Origin: Thermodesulfobacteriota bacterium
GTDB taxonomy: Bacteria; Desulfobacterota_D; UBA1144; Nemesobacterales; Nemesobacteraceae
Assembly: GCA_965232155.1 (NCBI GenBank)
Contig: OZ246948.1
Span: 341,698-405,697, forward strand
Reading direction: 5' to 3'
Length of the DNA: 64,000 nucleotides
Each line of letters opens with the position of its first letter. Position 1 is the first letter of the stretch. Both the position numbers and the translations under genes were made by a program. This document shows positions 44,745 to 54,969 of the stretch, in pieces. The notes below the pieces were generated by a model. The model ran no database searches. It saw only the letters and a program-made list of their open reading frames with translations, and was not told the origin of the DNA.

Positions 44745-45350
44745 ATGAAACGACTTCTTTCTAAAAACCTTGCGATACCGCTTGCCGCCTACGGGGTTGT
44801 GGTAGCGGCTATAATCATCTCAAAGGTCGCAATTGGCCGAGAGTACGCCTTTTTACTCTCGGCGGGATTCATGCTCTGGGTTCCGTTTCTGCTTGACCGC
44901 GGAGCGGCGGACGTTTTGAGGTTTGATCCGCGGGGGCTGGTTCGGGGAGCGGGAATTTCTCTTGCGGTACTTTTTTCCTATCTGGCCTGCCTATATCTTC
45001 TTTCAGCCTACTTGGGAACAACGATTAAGTTCGTTGAGCCGACGGCACTTTTCGTGCTGACGCACCTCGTGGCTATCGCGTTTCCCGAAGAATTTTTCTT
45101 CAGGGGATACCTCCAAAGAACGCTCGGCGGCGGGTGGAACGCAATTATCGCAGCAAGCGTGCTTTTCGCCTTGGCGCACCTTCTTGTGATCTGCGTGTTT
45201 ACCGGCGGGGGTGCCTGCGCGCAGAACGCTCTTACCTTTTTCCCTTCCCTTGTCATGGGATATCTATACATGAGAACCGGAAACATATGGTCAAGCGTTT
45301 TCTTTCACTTCGCCGCAAACATCATTTACCTGTCTTTCAGGGTCGCCTAG
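44745..45350 (+). CDS. CPBP family intramembrane glutamic endopeptidase (CAAX protease-like)
   Basis: EEFFFRGY and FALAHL motifs in a polytopic membrane protein. Confidence 0.7.
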   Translation: MKRLLSKNLAIPLAAYGVVVAAIIISKVAIGREYAFLLSAGFMLWVPFLLDRGAADVLRFDPRGLVRGAGISLAVLFSYLACLYLLSAYLGTTIKFVEPTALFVLTHLVAIAFPEEFFFRGYLQRTLGGGWNAIIAASVLFALAHLLVICVFTGGGACAQNALTFFPSLVMGYLYMRTGNIWSSVFFHFAANIIYLSFRVA

Positions 45351-45440
45351 CCCGAATCGCCTCAACAGAAATAATGTATTAAATCTTCCGCAAACAAAGG
45401 TTTAGAAAATTCCCCATGTGGTCTTTAAGCTGAAGATTCT

Positions 45441-45537
45441 TTCGTTAATTATGGACTATATACCCATAATTAACGAAATTTTCATTGCCACATTCTATTT
45501 TTTCGTTTATATTGGAATAATAATCCATAATTAATGA
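45441..45537. repeat. Three copies of the motif CCATAATTAA(C/T)GA; two form a perfect 14-bp inverted repeat with a 9-bp spacer (45441-45477), the third (45524-45537) overlaps the ATPase start codon
   Basis: Read directly from sequence. AT-rich 180-nt intergenic region. Confidence 0.6.
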
Positions 45538-46769
45538 GATTAATCATGTATCAACGTACACTAGCCAGCATTATAAAAGAGGTTAACGACAACTTCCCGG
45601 TTCTTTTGGTGACCGGGCCACGACAGGCAGGTAAAACGACTCTTCTGGAAATGTGCGCGGAGGGAGACAGAAATTACGTGACTCTGGACAATTTAGAAGC
45701 CCGTACCCTAGCTCAAAATGATCCGGGGCTATTCGTGCAAACTCACAAGCCACCACTGATCATTGACGAAGTGCAGTACGCACCTAATTTATTCAGCCAT
45801 ATCAAGACAATTATAGATAAGGAAAAAACTAATGGATTGTTCTGGCTTGCCGGTTCCCAGAAATTTCACCTTATGAAAGGCATTACCGAAAGCCTAGCCG
45901 GCCGGGTCGCAATAATCGATCTTTTAGGGTTGTCCCAAGCGGAAATAGACGAGCGCTGCGACAGGCTGACACCTTTTCTGCCGTCACCCGGTTGGATTGA
46001 CAATGCGAAAAGAACAATTGAAAATCCCAAGACCCTAACCGAGACGTATAAGCGGATTTGGCAGGGGACGTTTCCAAGAATCGTTGAAGCAACAGACTCC
46101 GTACGCAACCTTTTTTACCAATCCTACATTCAGACCTATATCCGACGAGACGTGAAAGATATTCTGTCGATTTCGGATGAAACCTTATTTTACAGTTTCC
46201 TAAGAGCGGTCGCTGCAAGGACAGGACAACTGCTTAATTACGCAGATTTGGGAAGAGACACGGCAATTGACAACAAAACGGCCAAATCATGGCTTTCGGT
46301 TCTCGAAACATCGGGCCTTGTGTACCTGTTAAAACCCTATCATCGCAACGTGACCAAACGTCTTGTGAAATCCCCGAAACTGTATTTTCTTGATACCGGA
46401 CTGTGCACTTATCTTACCAAGTGGCCAACGCCGGATTCTCTTGAGGCCGGAGCCATGTCAGGCGCTATTCTTGAGACATATTTGTTTTCTGAGATTCTCA
46501 AAAGCTACTACCACAACGGAGTCGAACCGTATTTTTATTACTATCGCGATCTTGACCAAAAAGAAGTTGATCTTGTGATTGAAACGGGCGACAGTCTTTA
46601 TCCTGTGGAATTCAAAAAAACTGCGACACCATCTTCCACGGCTTCCAAGCATTTTCACCTGCTTGAAAAATTGGGCAAAAAAGTAGGGCACGGAGCGGTT
46701 TTTTGCTTCGTTGAACGGGACGTCGTGCTGGCAGAAGACGTTACCGCAATTCCTGTCGGCTACCTCTAA
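45534..46769 (+). CDS. AAA+ ATPase, DUF4143-containing (ATP-binding protein). Alternative start at 45546.
   Basis: Walker A VTGPRQAGKTTLLE. Walker B LIIDEVQY. DUF4143-type C-terminal region. Confidence 0.75.
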   Translation: MRLIMYQRTLASIIKEVNDNFPVLLVTGPRQAGKTTLLEMCAEGDRNYVTLDNLEARTLAQNDPGLFVQTHKPPLIIDEVQYAPNLFSHIKTIIDKEKTNGLFWLAGSQKFHLMKGITESLAGRVAIIDLLGLSQAEIDERCDRLTPFLPSPGWIDNAKRTIENPKTLTETYKRIWQGTFPRIVEATDSVRNLFYQSYIQTYIRRDVKDILSISDETLFYSFLRAVAARTGQLLNYADLGRDTAIDNKTAKSWLSVLETSGLVYLLKPYHRNVTKRLVKSPKLYFLDTGLCTYLTKWPTPDSLEAGAMSGAILETYLFSEILKSYYHNGVEPYFYYYRDLDQKEVDLVIETGDSLYPVEFKKTATPSSTASKHFHLLEKLGKKVGHGAVFCFVERDVVLAEDVTAIPVGYL

Positions 46770-46863
46770 CGATCCTTCATTACATCGATAACGAGTTGCT
46801 GCGTCGCGACCTGCAAGCCGTAAAATTCTCGAAATATCCGTCGGTTACAAGTATAATTTTCAG

Positions 46864-48603
46864 ATGAAACAGTTGCGGACCGGGCTCTCCCAGATCAACC
46901 CGAGCGTGGGGGACATAACCGGAAACACGAAGAAAATAACCGAGGCGATCGAGACAGCGCGAGGTCTCGATATAGATATTCTGTGTTTCCCCGAGCTTGC
47001 CGTTACGGGCTACCCTCCCGAGGACCTTCTTCTAAAAATCGAATTCATCGACGACAACATACGGGCGCTTGACGAAATAAAGAAGCACTGCCCGGACAAC
47101 ATGGTCGTCATAGTGGGTTTTGTCGATAAAAAGGACGACATATTCAATTCAGCGGCCGTAATCCAGAAAGGGGAGATAATCGACGTATACCACAAACTCC
47201 GCCTTCCCAACTACGGAGTATTCGACGAAAACCGCTACTTCCAGTCAGAAAGACGGTTTCCCGTTTACTCCATGGGAAAAATGACTTTCGGGGTCACGAT
47301 CTGCGAGGACATATGGTATCCCGGAGAGCCTATAAGAAGCCAGGTTCTGCTAGGAAACGCCCAGATTATATTCAACCTCTCGGCTTCACCCTACTACATG
47401 GGGAAACCCCTGGCGAGAGAGAGAATGCTCGCTACAAGGGCGGTTGACTATAACACCATAATAGCCTACTGCAACATGGTCGGGGGGCAGGACGAGCTTG
47501 TGTTTGACGGAAACAGCATGTTCATAGACGAAAAAGGTGAGATCGTCGCCACTGCGCGAAACTTCGAAGAAGACCTGCTGGTCTGCGACGTTAACACCGA
47601 GAGAGTTTATAAATCAAGGCTTAACACTCCGACCATAAGAAAGACGAGATATGAACTTTCCTTCGAGGAAAACCAGATGGAAGCGTTCACGCTTAAACCT
47701 ACGAAGACAAAGCGGAAAGTGAAAATCCCGGGAAAACAGGCTGATCCTTCAGAAGATCCTCTAAAATGCGCCTTCTCGGCACTTGTCCTCGGCACCGGGG
47801 ATTACATAAGAAAAAACGGATTTGAACGGGTGGTGCTAGGGTTAAGCGGCGGGATAGATTCTTCGCTTACGGCAGCCATTGCCGCAGAAGCCGTCGGACC
47901 CTCAAAAGTCATCGGAGTTTCCATGCCTTCAATGTACAGTTCCAAGGGAAGCGTCACCGACGCAAAAAAGCTCGCCCGCAATCTCGGAATCGAGCTTCTC
48001 AGCATTTCCATAGAAGACGCTTTCAGGTGCTACGAGGAAATGTTCGCCGAGGTTTTCTCCGGAATGGAGTCAGACGTAACAGAAGAGAATATCCAGGCGA
48101 GGATAAGAGGAAATATCCTCATGGCGCTTTCAAACAAGTTCGGGTGGCTCGTGCTTGCCACATCGAACAAAAGTGAGCTTGCGGTCGGCTATTCTACCCT
48201 CTACGGGGACATGTCAGGGGGCTTTGCCGTGATAAAGGATGTGCCCAAGGCCATGGTTTACGAACTCTCTCATTATTACAACCGTCTGCGGGGAAAACAA
48301 ATAATACCGAAATCGGTAATTGAAAAACCCCCTTCAGCCGAACTTCGCCCAGACCAGAAAGACACCGACTCGCTTCCCGAATACGACACGCTCGACAGGA
48401 TACTGAAAGCCTACGTGGAAGACGGCCTCGGGGTCGAAGAGATAGTAAAGCTCGGGGAGAAAAGAAGCGTAGTGCGAAAAATAATCAGAATGGTAAACAC
48501 AAACGAATACAAAAGAAGGCAGAGCGCCCCGGGGGTAAAAATAACGTCGCTTGCCTTCGGAAAGGACCGCCGCTTCCCGATAACCAACCTCTACAAGAAA
48601 TAA
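46864..48603 (+). CDS. nadE: Glutamine-dependent NAD+ synthetase
   Basis: N-terminal nitrilase domain (catalytic Cys in TICEDIW). C-terminal NAD synthetase domain with PP-loop SGGIDSS. Confidence 0.9.
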   Translation: MKQLRTGLSQINPSVGDITGNTKKITEAIETARGLDIDILCFPELAVTGYPPEDLLLKIEFIDDNIRALDEIKKHCPDNMVVIVGFVDKKDDIFNSAAVIQKGEIIDVYHKLRLPNYGVFDENRYFQSERRFPVYSMGKMTFGVTICEDIWYPGEPIRSQVLLGNAQIIFNLSASPYYMGKPLARERMLATRAVDYNTIIAYCNMVGGQDELVFDGNSMFIDEKGEIVATARNFEEDLLVCDVNTERVYKSRLNTPTIRKTRYELSFEENQMEAFTLKPTKTKRKVKIPGKQADPSEDPLKCAFSALVLGTGDYIRKNGFERVVLGLSGGIDSSLTAAIAAEAVGPSKVIGVSMPSMYSSKGSVTDAKKLARNLGIELLSISIEDAFRCYEEMFAEVFSGMESDVTEENIQARIRGNILMALSNKFGWLVLATSNKSELAVGYSTLYGDMSGGFAVIKDVPKAMVYELSHYYNRLRGKQIIPKSVIEKPPSAELRPDQKDTDSLPEYDTLDRILKAYVEDGLGVEEIVKLGEKRSVVRKIIRMVNTNEYKRRQSAPGVKITSLAFGKDRRFPITNLYKK

Positions 48604-48611
48604 AAAACAAA

Positions 48612-48872
48612 TCACTTAAGCGAAAGAATAAACTCAGAGAGGCTCTCAACGGTCTCAAGAACCCCAGGGGAAACCTCGGACTCGTCAATCGAGACCCCAA
48701 ATTCCTCTTCAAGCTCCATAATGAATTCGAGCGTCGAAACGGAATCGACGCCAACTCCGAGTTCGATCAGCGACTGCTCAGCAGATATATCTTGGGGTCT
48801 GATGTCGAGATTGAACTTGACGACGACAAGCCGCCTTATTCTCTCCCCAAGAACTTCCTTCCGCTCGGTCAC
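48612..48872 (-). CDS. Acyl carrier protein-like (phosphopantetheine-binding) protein
   Basis: 86 aa. LGVDSVSTLEFIMELEEEFGV has the conserved 4'-PP attachment Ser in the DSV(S/L) motif. Start ATG overlaps the ligase stop (ATGA). Confidence 0.75.
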   Translation of the reverse strand: MTERKEVLGERIRRLVVVKFNLDIRPQDISAEQSLIELGVGVDSVSTLEFIMELEEEFGVSIDESEVSPGVLETVESLSEFILSLK

Positions 48873-50371
48873 TTAAGCTTCTCCCTAAGCACTTTGCCTG
48901 CAGGGCTTCTCGGAAGTGCGGTTACAAATTCCATCTTCGCGGGAATCTTGTAGTCAGAAATTTTTCCCCTGCAGAAGTCGACAATTTCCCGCCTCGTGAG
49001 TCCGTCCGCGACGATAAAGGCCTTTACCTCTTCCCTGCCCCCGGCTCCAGGGGTTCCAATCACCGCGGCTTCCGTTATTTTCCCGTGGGTCATAAGCAGA
49101 TTTTCAACTTCGAACGGGTCAACCTTGTTCCCGGAGATATTGATGAAAAGCTTCTTTCTTCCGCGAATGAAAAGATACCCGTCGCCGTCGAACATTCCGA
49201 GATCCCCGGTGCGGTAAAAACCGTCGACAAAAACCCTCTCGGTCTCTTCCGGAAAATCAACGTAGCCGTCTGTCATTGAAGGGCTTCTTATTATTATCTC
49301 GCCGGTCTGCCCGACCGGAAGTTCGCTCCCGGTTTCAGAAACCACCCTTATAACGACGTTTTCAACCGGCACTCCGACTGAAAGACGCTTTTCCTCTATG
49401 TTCTCCGCGATATTAATTGCCATCACCCCGGTCTCAGAAGAACCGTAGAGCTGGCGGGGGTAAACACCGAAAGCACGGTGGAAAGAAAAAAAGGTTTCCT
49501 CGGGCAGGGGAGCCCCGGCGGAAATAACATGCTTTAGCCGCGGGAAATCATAATCCCCGCGGCTCGCGCTTCGAGCTAGGGTCTCAAGCATGAATGGAAC
49601 GGCGGGAAAGACCGTTATCTGCTCTCCTCGCAGCACGCCGAGAACATCTTTTCTGGTAAACCTCGGAAGGAAATAACAGCACGCCCCGACGCTTACGGCG
49701 CTTACGAAGTTCCCGAGGCCATAGGTATGCGATATCGGAATCGAAAAAAGAATCCTGTCCCCGCTATCCCAGTTTATTGTGGCCGTGTGATTCCGGGCGA
49801 GAGCGATCATGTTGGCGTGGCTTCTCGCGACGCACTTGGGCTTTCCGGTTGAGCCCGTGGAAAAAAGATAGATGGCTTTCTCCGAAGGATGATTTTCGGG
49901 CTGCCCTGCTGGAGCGCCGCCCAGAAAGTTCTCCCGGGTCACGCAAACGGTGGTTATGCCTCCGGAAACGGCGTTCACTTTATGCGCAAGAGATTCGTCC
50001 GTAACGATCAGTGCCGGTTCTGAGAACTCAAGGCAGTATCTTATCTCCTCGGTTCCGCAGGCGCTGTCAATTGGAACGCAGGCAGCTCCAAGTCTTGCTA
50101 TCGAGAAAACGGACACGGCAAGGGAGAGTGAATTGGGAAGGAAAACACACACCTTATCCCCCCGTGACACCCCCAGCTCGGAAAGAAACGATGAAAAGCC
50201 GTCAACAAAGCCGCAGAGCTGCGCGTAACTGCAAGTTTCTCCTTCGTCCCAGACGGCGGCTCCCCGAGGATTCCGCTCCAAGTTCGAATAAAGTATTTCG
50301 CAGTAGTTTCTCATCGCCCCGTCACGGGAAAAGGGGAATTTGTCCGAGCCCAGTGTCCTCAGGAAATCCAA
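48869..50371 (-). CDS. AMP-dependent synthetase/ligase (ANL superfamily adenylating enzyme; acyl-ACP/CoA ligase). Alternative start at 50314.
   Basis: ANL core motifs STGSTGKPKCV, YGSSETG, YRTGDLG and GRKKLFINISGNKVDPFEVE. Confidence 0.85.
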   Translation of the reverse strand: MDFLRTLGSDKFPFSRDGAMRNYCEILYSNLERNPRGAAVWDEGETCSYAQLCGFVDGFSSFLSELGVSRGDKVCVFLPNSLSLAVSVFSIARLGAACVPIDSACGTEEIRYCLEFSEPALIVTDESLAHKVNAVSGGITTVCVTRENFLGGAPAGQPENHPSEKAIYLFSTGSTGKPKCVARSHANMIALARNHTATINWDSGDRILFSIPISHTYGLGNFVSAVSVGACCYFLPRFTRKDVLGVLRGEQITVFPAVPFMLETLARSASRGDYDFPRLKHVISAGAPLPEETFFSFHRAFGVYPRQLYGSSETGVMAINIAENIEEKRLSVGVPVENVVIRVVSETGSELPVGQTGEIIIRSPSMTDGYVDFPEETERVFVDGFYRTGDLGMFDGDGYLFIRGRKKLFINISGNKVDPFEVENLLMTHGKITEAAVIGTPGAGGREEVKAFIVADGLTRREIVDFCRGKISDYKIPAKMEFVTALPRSPAGKVLREKLK

Positions 50372-51368
50372 AGACTATATTCATGTTCTGAACAGCCTGG
50401 CCCGCGGCCCCCTTCATGAGATTGTCAAGAACCGATACGATGACAAGGTGCCCTTCCCGCTCGCAGAAGCCCAAAGAGATACAGTTGGAACCGGAAACAG
50501 ACGCTATCCCAGGAGGCTCGTCGCAGATCCGGACGAAAGCATCATCTCTGTAGAATCCGGAGTAAAGTTCCTTTACCTCATCGAGGGAGATCTCCGAGCG
50601 GAGTTTGAGATACGAAGTGGCCATTATCCCTCTTTTAACCGGAACGCGCGTATTGAAGAAAAGGAGTTTTTTCTTCACACCGCAGAGATCGTAGAACACG
50701 CGAAGAATCTCATGTTTCTGATCATCCCCTCCCGCTCCACGGGCGGATACGTCTTCCTTTACCTCGGTGTAATGACTCTCGGGTCTCGGCGCCCGTCCCG
50801 AAGTCGAAAGAGAAGACTTTATGTCCACTATAATATCGTCTTCCACTTCATACTCTTTAAGAAGAGGCACTACGGCGAGAGAAACGCAGGTAGAGTAGCA
50901 ACCCGCGTTAGCGACTAACGGGGCGTCTTTTATCCTCTCGCGGTTAAGTTCGCTAAGTCCGTAGACTGCCTGCGAAAGAAGCTCGGGAAAGCGCGGCTCC
51001 ACGCCGTGAGCCCGGGAGTAGTCAGCAGGATCAGAGAATCTTAAGTCGGAACTGAGATCGATCACCCTTACGCCTTTTTCAAGGAACTTCCGCACGAAAA
51101 CAGAAGAAGTTCCCGCGGGAAGGCAGGAGAACAGAAGGTCAAGAGGTTCTGAGTCAGGGATCTTCGATACGGGGCTTAGGATAAAATCCGAGTAGCCCAA
51201 GAGATGCGGAAACGCCTCATCCGCCCTCCTGCCCGAGAATTTTTCAGACGTAAGCACCCGCAGATCAACGTTAAGGTGGCGTGCCAGAAGAGAAAGAAGC
51301 TGCTGGCCGACATAACCCGTAACTCCCAGAATTGCTGTCTTGAGTTTCATTTTCTTTTGGGAAACCAA
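50322..51368 (-). CDS. argC: ArgC/LysY-family N-acetyl-gamma-glutamyl-phosphate reductase-like semialdehyde dehydrogenase
   Basis: Rossmann motif ILGVTGYVG. Catalytic-Cys motif ANAGCYSTC. C-terminal LDNLMKGAAGQAVQNMNIVFG, the typical ArgC signature. Translationally coupled to the ligase gene. Confidence 0.75.
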   Translation of the reverse strand: MVSQKKMKLKTAILGVTGYVGQQLLSLLARHLNVDLRVLTSEKFSGRRADEAFPHLLGYSDFILSPVSKIPDSEPLDLLFSCLPAGTSSVFVRKFLEKGVRVIDLSSDLRFSDPADYSRAHGVEPRFPELLSQAVYGLSELNRERIKDAPLVANAGCYSTCVSLAVVPLLKEYEVEDDIIVDIKSSLSTSGRAPRPESHYTEVKEDVSARGAGGDDQKHEILRVFYDLCGVKKKLLFFNTRVPVKRGIMATSYLKLRSEISLDEVKELYSGFYRDDAFVRICDEPPGIASVSGSNCISLGFCEREGHLVIVSVLDNLMKGAAGQAVQNMNIVFGFPEDTGLGQIPLFP

Positions 51369-51481
51369 GCTTTTCTCCGCGAATCCGCCTTGATTAATAT
51401 GGAACTTGTTATCATTAATATAGCTTTAAAAGCGGGAGGGAAAAACCGGGTTCGGCGAAAAAAAGAGGTTGGCTTCCGTTC

Positions 51482-52798
51482 TCAGGCGTTCTGAGCGGTC
51501 GCAGTTCTAAACACCCTGTCGATCCACTGCTCTATGTTGTTGCGCGAGGTCTTTCCTATGAGCTGCCTCACCTCTTGCATGGGAATCACGGCCTTGGCGT
51601 AGGATCTGTGTCCCCCGGCGCTTCCTATTTCATCAAAAAGATCGAAAAGCAGGCGCCCGGCGCTCTTGACAGACCCGCTGTTTCTCACGGACATAACCAA
51701 ATGGGAACCGTTAACAATCCCGAAGGCTACAGACCAGTTGACCCCCCCGACCTTCATACCCATGTCAGCCACCTGAGAAATAAGATGCTCTTTTTCTATC
51801 CTTCCGAGGTTCATGAAAATTATTCCGTCATTTATCCAGTGTTTTGAGAGCGCCTGGCCGTAATGTTTGATTTCTTCTGAATACAGGGTCTTGGACTCTA
51901 TTTTCCTGAGCAGACCCAAATCGGCCTGATTGTAGAGATATGTGAACGCTTCGAGATCATCAAGGTTCGCACCCCTGTTAAGAATCATGGTGTCGGTTTT
52001 TATGCCGTAGAGAAGCGCGGTTGAGAGTTTTGCGGAAATCTCAACCTGGGCAGCCCTGAGAAGCCGGGTCATGATCGTCGCGGTAGCTCCTTCCTCGGAA
52101 CTTATTTCGGTGAATTTCGCGTCGCACTCTGGGGTCCTCGGATGATGGTCAATCACCGAATCGACATCCATAATCTCGCCCCTGAAATAAGAAGGCTGCA
52201 CGTCGACAAGCGCTATGGAATCGAAATTTTTTATATCATCGTGGGAAATCACCTGCAAGTCTATGTCCATAAGTTCCACCATGGCCACGTTCTCGGGTCT
52301 TGAAATTTCCTCCCCGAGGTAACCTATGGTCGCCGTTTTCCTGTTTCTTCTAAGAAGAATACGAAGGGCCATGGCGCTTGCGATCGCATCCGGATCGGGA
52401 TGGTTATGAACGAGTATGAGAACCTTTTTCGCATCGCGGTGAACCTCTCTTATAAGCCTTACGGAAATATCGGATCTCGCGAGCTTCTCCTCAAAAGATA
52501 TCTGGTTGGTGGCGACTTCATCGAATCTCACGTATCTCCCTATATAGCCATCCTTGCGCAGCTCGCCGTCAGCGGAAACAACTATCGGGCTCGTGGGATA
52601 ACTGAAAGCAAGGGATGCCAGAAATTTCTTGGTTGCAAACTCATTGTTTACGACTATAAGCGTAAAGACTCCCTCTTGATTAAACGCGTCATCAGGAGAA
52701 TCAAGCTCTGTTACCTGACCCCTGTTCTTAAAAAGACTCATCGGGAGAAGATCAAATTCTCCGATGAACATATATTGTCTTTCCCCGTTAGTACTCAT
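51482..52798 (-). CDS. DHH/DHHA1 family phosphoesterase (NrnA-like) with N-terminal extension
   Basis: DHH motif region LILVHNHPDPDAIAS. DHHA1 C-terminal GGGH in SAGGHRSYAKA. Confidence 0.7.
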   Translation of the reverse strand: MSTNGERQYMFIGEFDLLPMSLFKNRGQVTELDSPDDAFNQEGVFTLIVVNNEFATKKFLASLAFSYPTSPIVVSADGELRKDGYIGRYVRFDEVATNQISFEEKLARSDISVRLIREVHRDAKKVLILVHNHPDPDAIASAMALRILLRRNRKTATIGYLGEEISRPENVAMVELMDIDLQVISHDDIKNFDSIALVDVQPSYFRGEIMDVDSVIDHHPRTPECDAKFTEISSEEGATATIMTRLLRAAQVEISAKLSTALLYGIKTDTMILNRGANLDDLEAFTYLYNQADLGLLRKIESKTLYSEEIKHYGQALSKHWINDGIIFMNLGRIEKEHLISQVADMGMKVGGVNWSVAFGIVNGSHLVMSVRNSGSVKSAGRLLFDLFDEIGSAGGHRSYAKAVIPMQEVRQLIGKTSRNNIEQWIDRVFRTATAQNA

Positions 52799-52819
52799 CG
52801 CATCTGGAATGCAGAACGT

Positions 52820-53620
52820 CTACCTGTAGCAGGCGGCGCTAAGTTCCTCCGTGAAGCTTGAAATCCTGCCCAGCACTTCCTGCCTTTGCACTCCACCGTT
52901 CTCGATTATTCTCACAAGGGCGCTTCCCACGATAACAGCATCGGAAAAAGAGGCTATCGCAGCAGCCTGGCGCGCGGAAGAGACCCCGAAACCCACCCCG
53001 ACGGGGAGCTCCGAGCGGCGCTTTATTTTTCCCACCAGGTCCTCGAGATCATAGTCCATGTCGGGACGCGCTCCGGTAACCCCGGTGACCGAAACCACGT
53101 AGATAAAACCCGAGGCGTTCTGCGACACTAATTCTATCCTTTCTTCGGTACTCGTAGGAGCGAGCAGAAAGATGCGGTCAAGCCCCTCCCGTTCGGCATG
53201 AACGCTAAGTTCTCCGGCTTCCTCGGGCGGAAGATCAACAACCAGAACTCCGTCCGCTCCCGCCTCGCGGGCGTCGCGCGCGAAACGCTCGGCACCGTAG
53301 GAGAAAAAAGGGTTGTAGTAGCCGAAAAGTATCACGGGAATATCCGAGCGGGACCTTATCCTTCTTACGAGCGAAAGCACGTCAGAAACAGACGTCGAGT
53401 TAGCAAGGGCCCTCTCCGAGGCCGCCTGGATCACCGGCCCGTCCGCCATGGGATCCGAGAAAGGGATGCCGATTTCCACCATATCGACACCGCTTGCCTC
53501 CATGTGGTCAATGACCTGCTCGGTCAAGTCGATATCAGGATCCCCAGCGGTAACATAGCAGATTAAAGCCGCCTTGTTTTTTTCCCGAAGTTCGCGAAAT
53601 TTTTCCTTTATCCTTCCCAT
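52820..53620 (-). CDS. trpA: Tryptophan synthase alpha chain
   Basis: 266 aa. TIM-barrel motifs EIGIPFSDPMADGP. Confidence 0.9.
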   Translation of the reverse strand: MGRIKEKFRELREKNKAALICYVTAGDPDIDLTEQVIDHMEASGVDMVEIGIPFSDPMADGPVIQAASERALANSTSVSDVLSLVRRIRSRSDIPVILFGYYNPFFSYGAERFARDAREAGADGVLVVDLPPEEAGELSVHAEREGLDRIFLLAPTSTEERIELVSQNASGFIYVVSVTGVTGARPDMDYDLEDLVGKIKRRSELPVGVGFGVSSARQAAAIASFSDAVIVGSALVRIIENGGVQRQEVLGRISSFTEELSAACYR

Positions 53621-53769
53621 GTGCTTTTATAAGAAGCCGGCAGCCTGGAAACGCAGAAATCGCAAGCAAACAGAGTAAAAAACGAACCTCCAACCTTCGG
53701 AAGCTTTATATACGCACGCATGGGTGTTGTCAAGCACGCATCGGGGGAGAAAAACCAGTCCGCGTCGCT

Positions 53770-54969
53770 TCAGATAAGAGAGGAAGCGGTATGTATATCC
53801 TTATCCCCCCTGCCGGAGAGACAGATAACTATAATCTGCTCGGGGGACATGGACGGAGCGATTTTGCGGACGTGGGCTATTGCGTGGGCGGTTTCAAGTG
53901 CGGGAATTATTCCCTCTACTTCCGAGAGATAGGAAAACGCCGAGAGCGCTTCTTCGTCCGTTACGGAAACGTAATCGACCTCTCCCGCGTCCTGGAAATA
54001 TGAATGCTCGGGCCCAACGCCCGGGTAGTCAAGACCCGCGGCCACGGAATGGGCTCCCTTTACCTGGCCATCTTCGTCCTGGAGCAGAAAAGTTTTGCTT
54101 CCGTGAAGAACCCCTACTGAACCCGCGGTTATGGTCGCCGAATGAAGGCCGCTCTCAAGACCGTGGCCCGCCGCCTCCACGCCGATTTTCCTTACCCCGG
54201 ATTCCTCTATGAAAGGGAAGAAAAGACCCATGGCGTTTGAGCCGCCGCCGACGCAGGCAACCAAGGTGTCAGGGAGTTTTCCTTCCGCGGCGAGTATCTG
54301 CTCTATCGCCTCATGCCCGATCACGGACTGAAAATCTCTTACCATCATGGGGTAGGGATGGGGACCGGCGACACTTCCTATTATGTAGAAGGTATTTCTC
54401 ACGTTCGTAACCCAGTCTCTCATGGCCTCGTTCATGGCGTCTTTTAGTGTTTTCGTGCCCGAGACCACGGGCCTCACCTCGGCACCCAGAAGCTTCATGC
54501 GGAACACATTAAGCTCCTGGCGTTTCGTGTCCTCCTCCCCCATGTATATCACGCACTCCTTGTTCAAAAGCGCGGCAACCGTGGCCGTGGCAACCCCGTG
54601 CTGCCCCGCTCCGGTTTCAGCTATTATCCTGTCCTTGCCCATCCTCCCGCAGAGAACCCCCTGACCTATCGTGTTGTTTATCTTGTGCGCTCCGGTGTGG
54701 GCTAGATCCTCTCTTTTAAGGTAAATCCTGGCGCCGCCGAGACTCTCCGTCATCGCGCGGGCGTAATAAAGCGGGGTGGGCCTCCCGGCGTACTGCTTTA
54801 GGTAGTAATCGATCTCCTCGTGAAAAGTCTCGTCAGCTGCGGCCTCCTCGTAGGCCCGCTGAAGTTCGATCAGAGCGGGCATCAGGGTTTCCGAGACATA
54901 GCGGCCGCCGAAGTCTCCGAAATGACCTCCCGTATCGGGGTAGCTGTATTTCCGGTCAGTCTTGCCCAT
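53770..54969 (-). CDS. trpB: Tryptophan synthase beta chain
   Basis: PLP motifs HTGAHKINN and GGGSNAMG. Start placed at MGKTDRK; the ORF-track Met lies 33 nt upstream. Confidence 0.9.
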   Translation of the reverse strand: MGKTDRKYSYPDTGGHFGDFGGRYVSETLMPALIELQRAYEEAAADETFHEEIDYYLKQYAGRPTPLYYARAMTESLGGARIYLKREDLAHTGAHKINNTIGQGVLCGRMGKDRIIAETGAGQHGVATATVAALLNKECVIYMGEEDTKRQELNVFRMKLLGAEVRPVVSGTKTLKDAMNEAMRDWVTNVRNTFYIIGSVAGPHPYPMMVRDFQSVIGHEAIEQILAAEGKLPDTLVACVGGGSNAMGLFFPFIEESGVRKIGVEAAGHGLESGLHSATITAGSVGVLHGSKTFLLQDEDGQVKGAHSVAAGLDYPGVGPEHSYFQDAGEVDYVSVTDEEALSAFSYLSEVEGIIPALETAHAIAHVRKIAPSMSPEQIIVICLSGRGDKDIHTASSLI

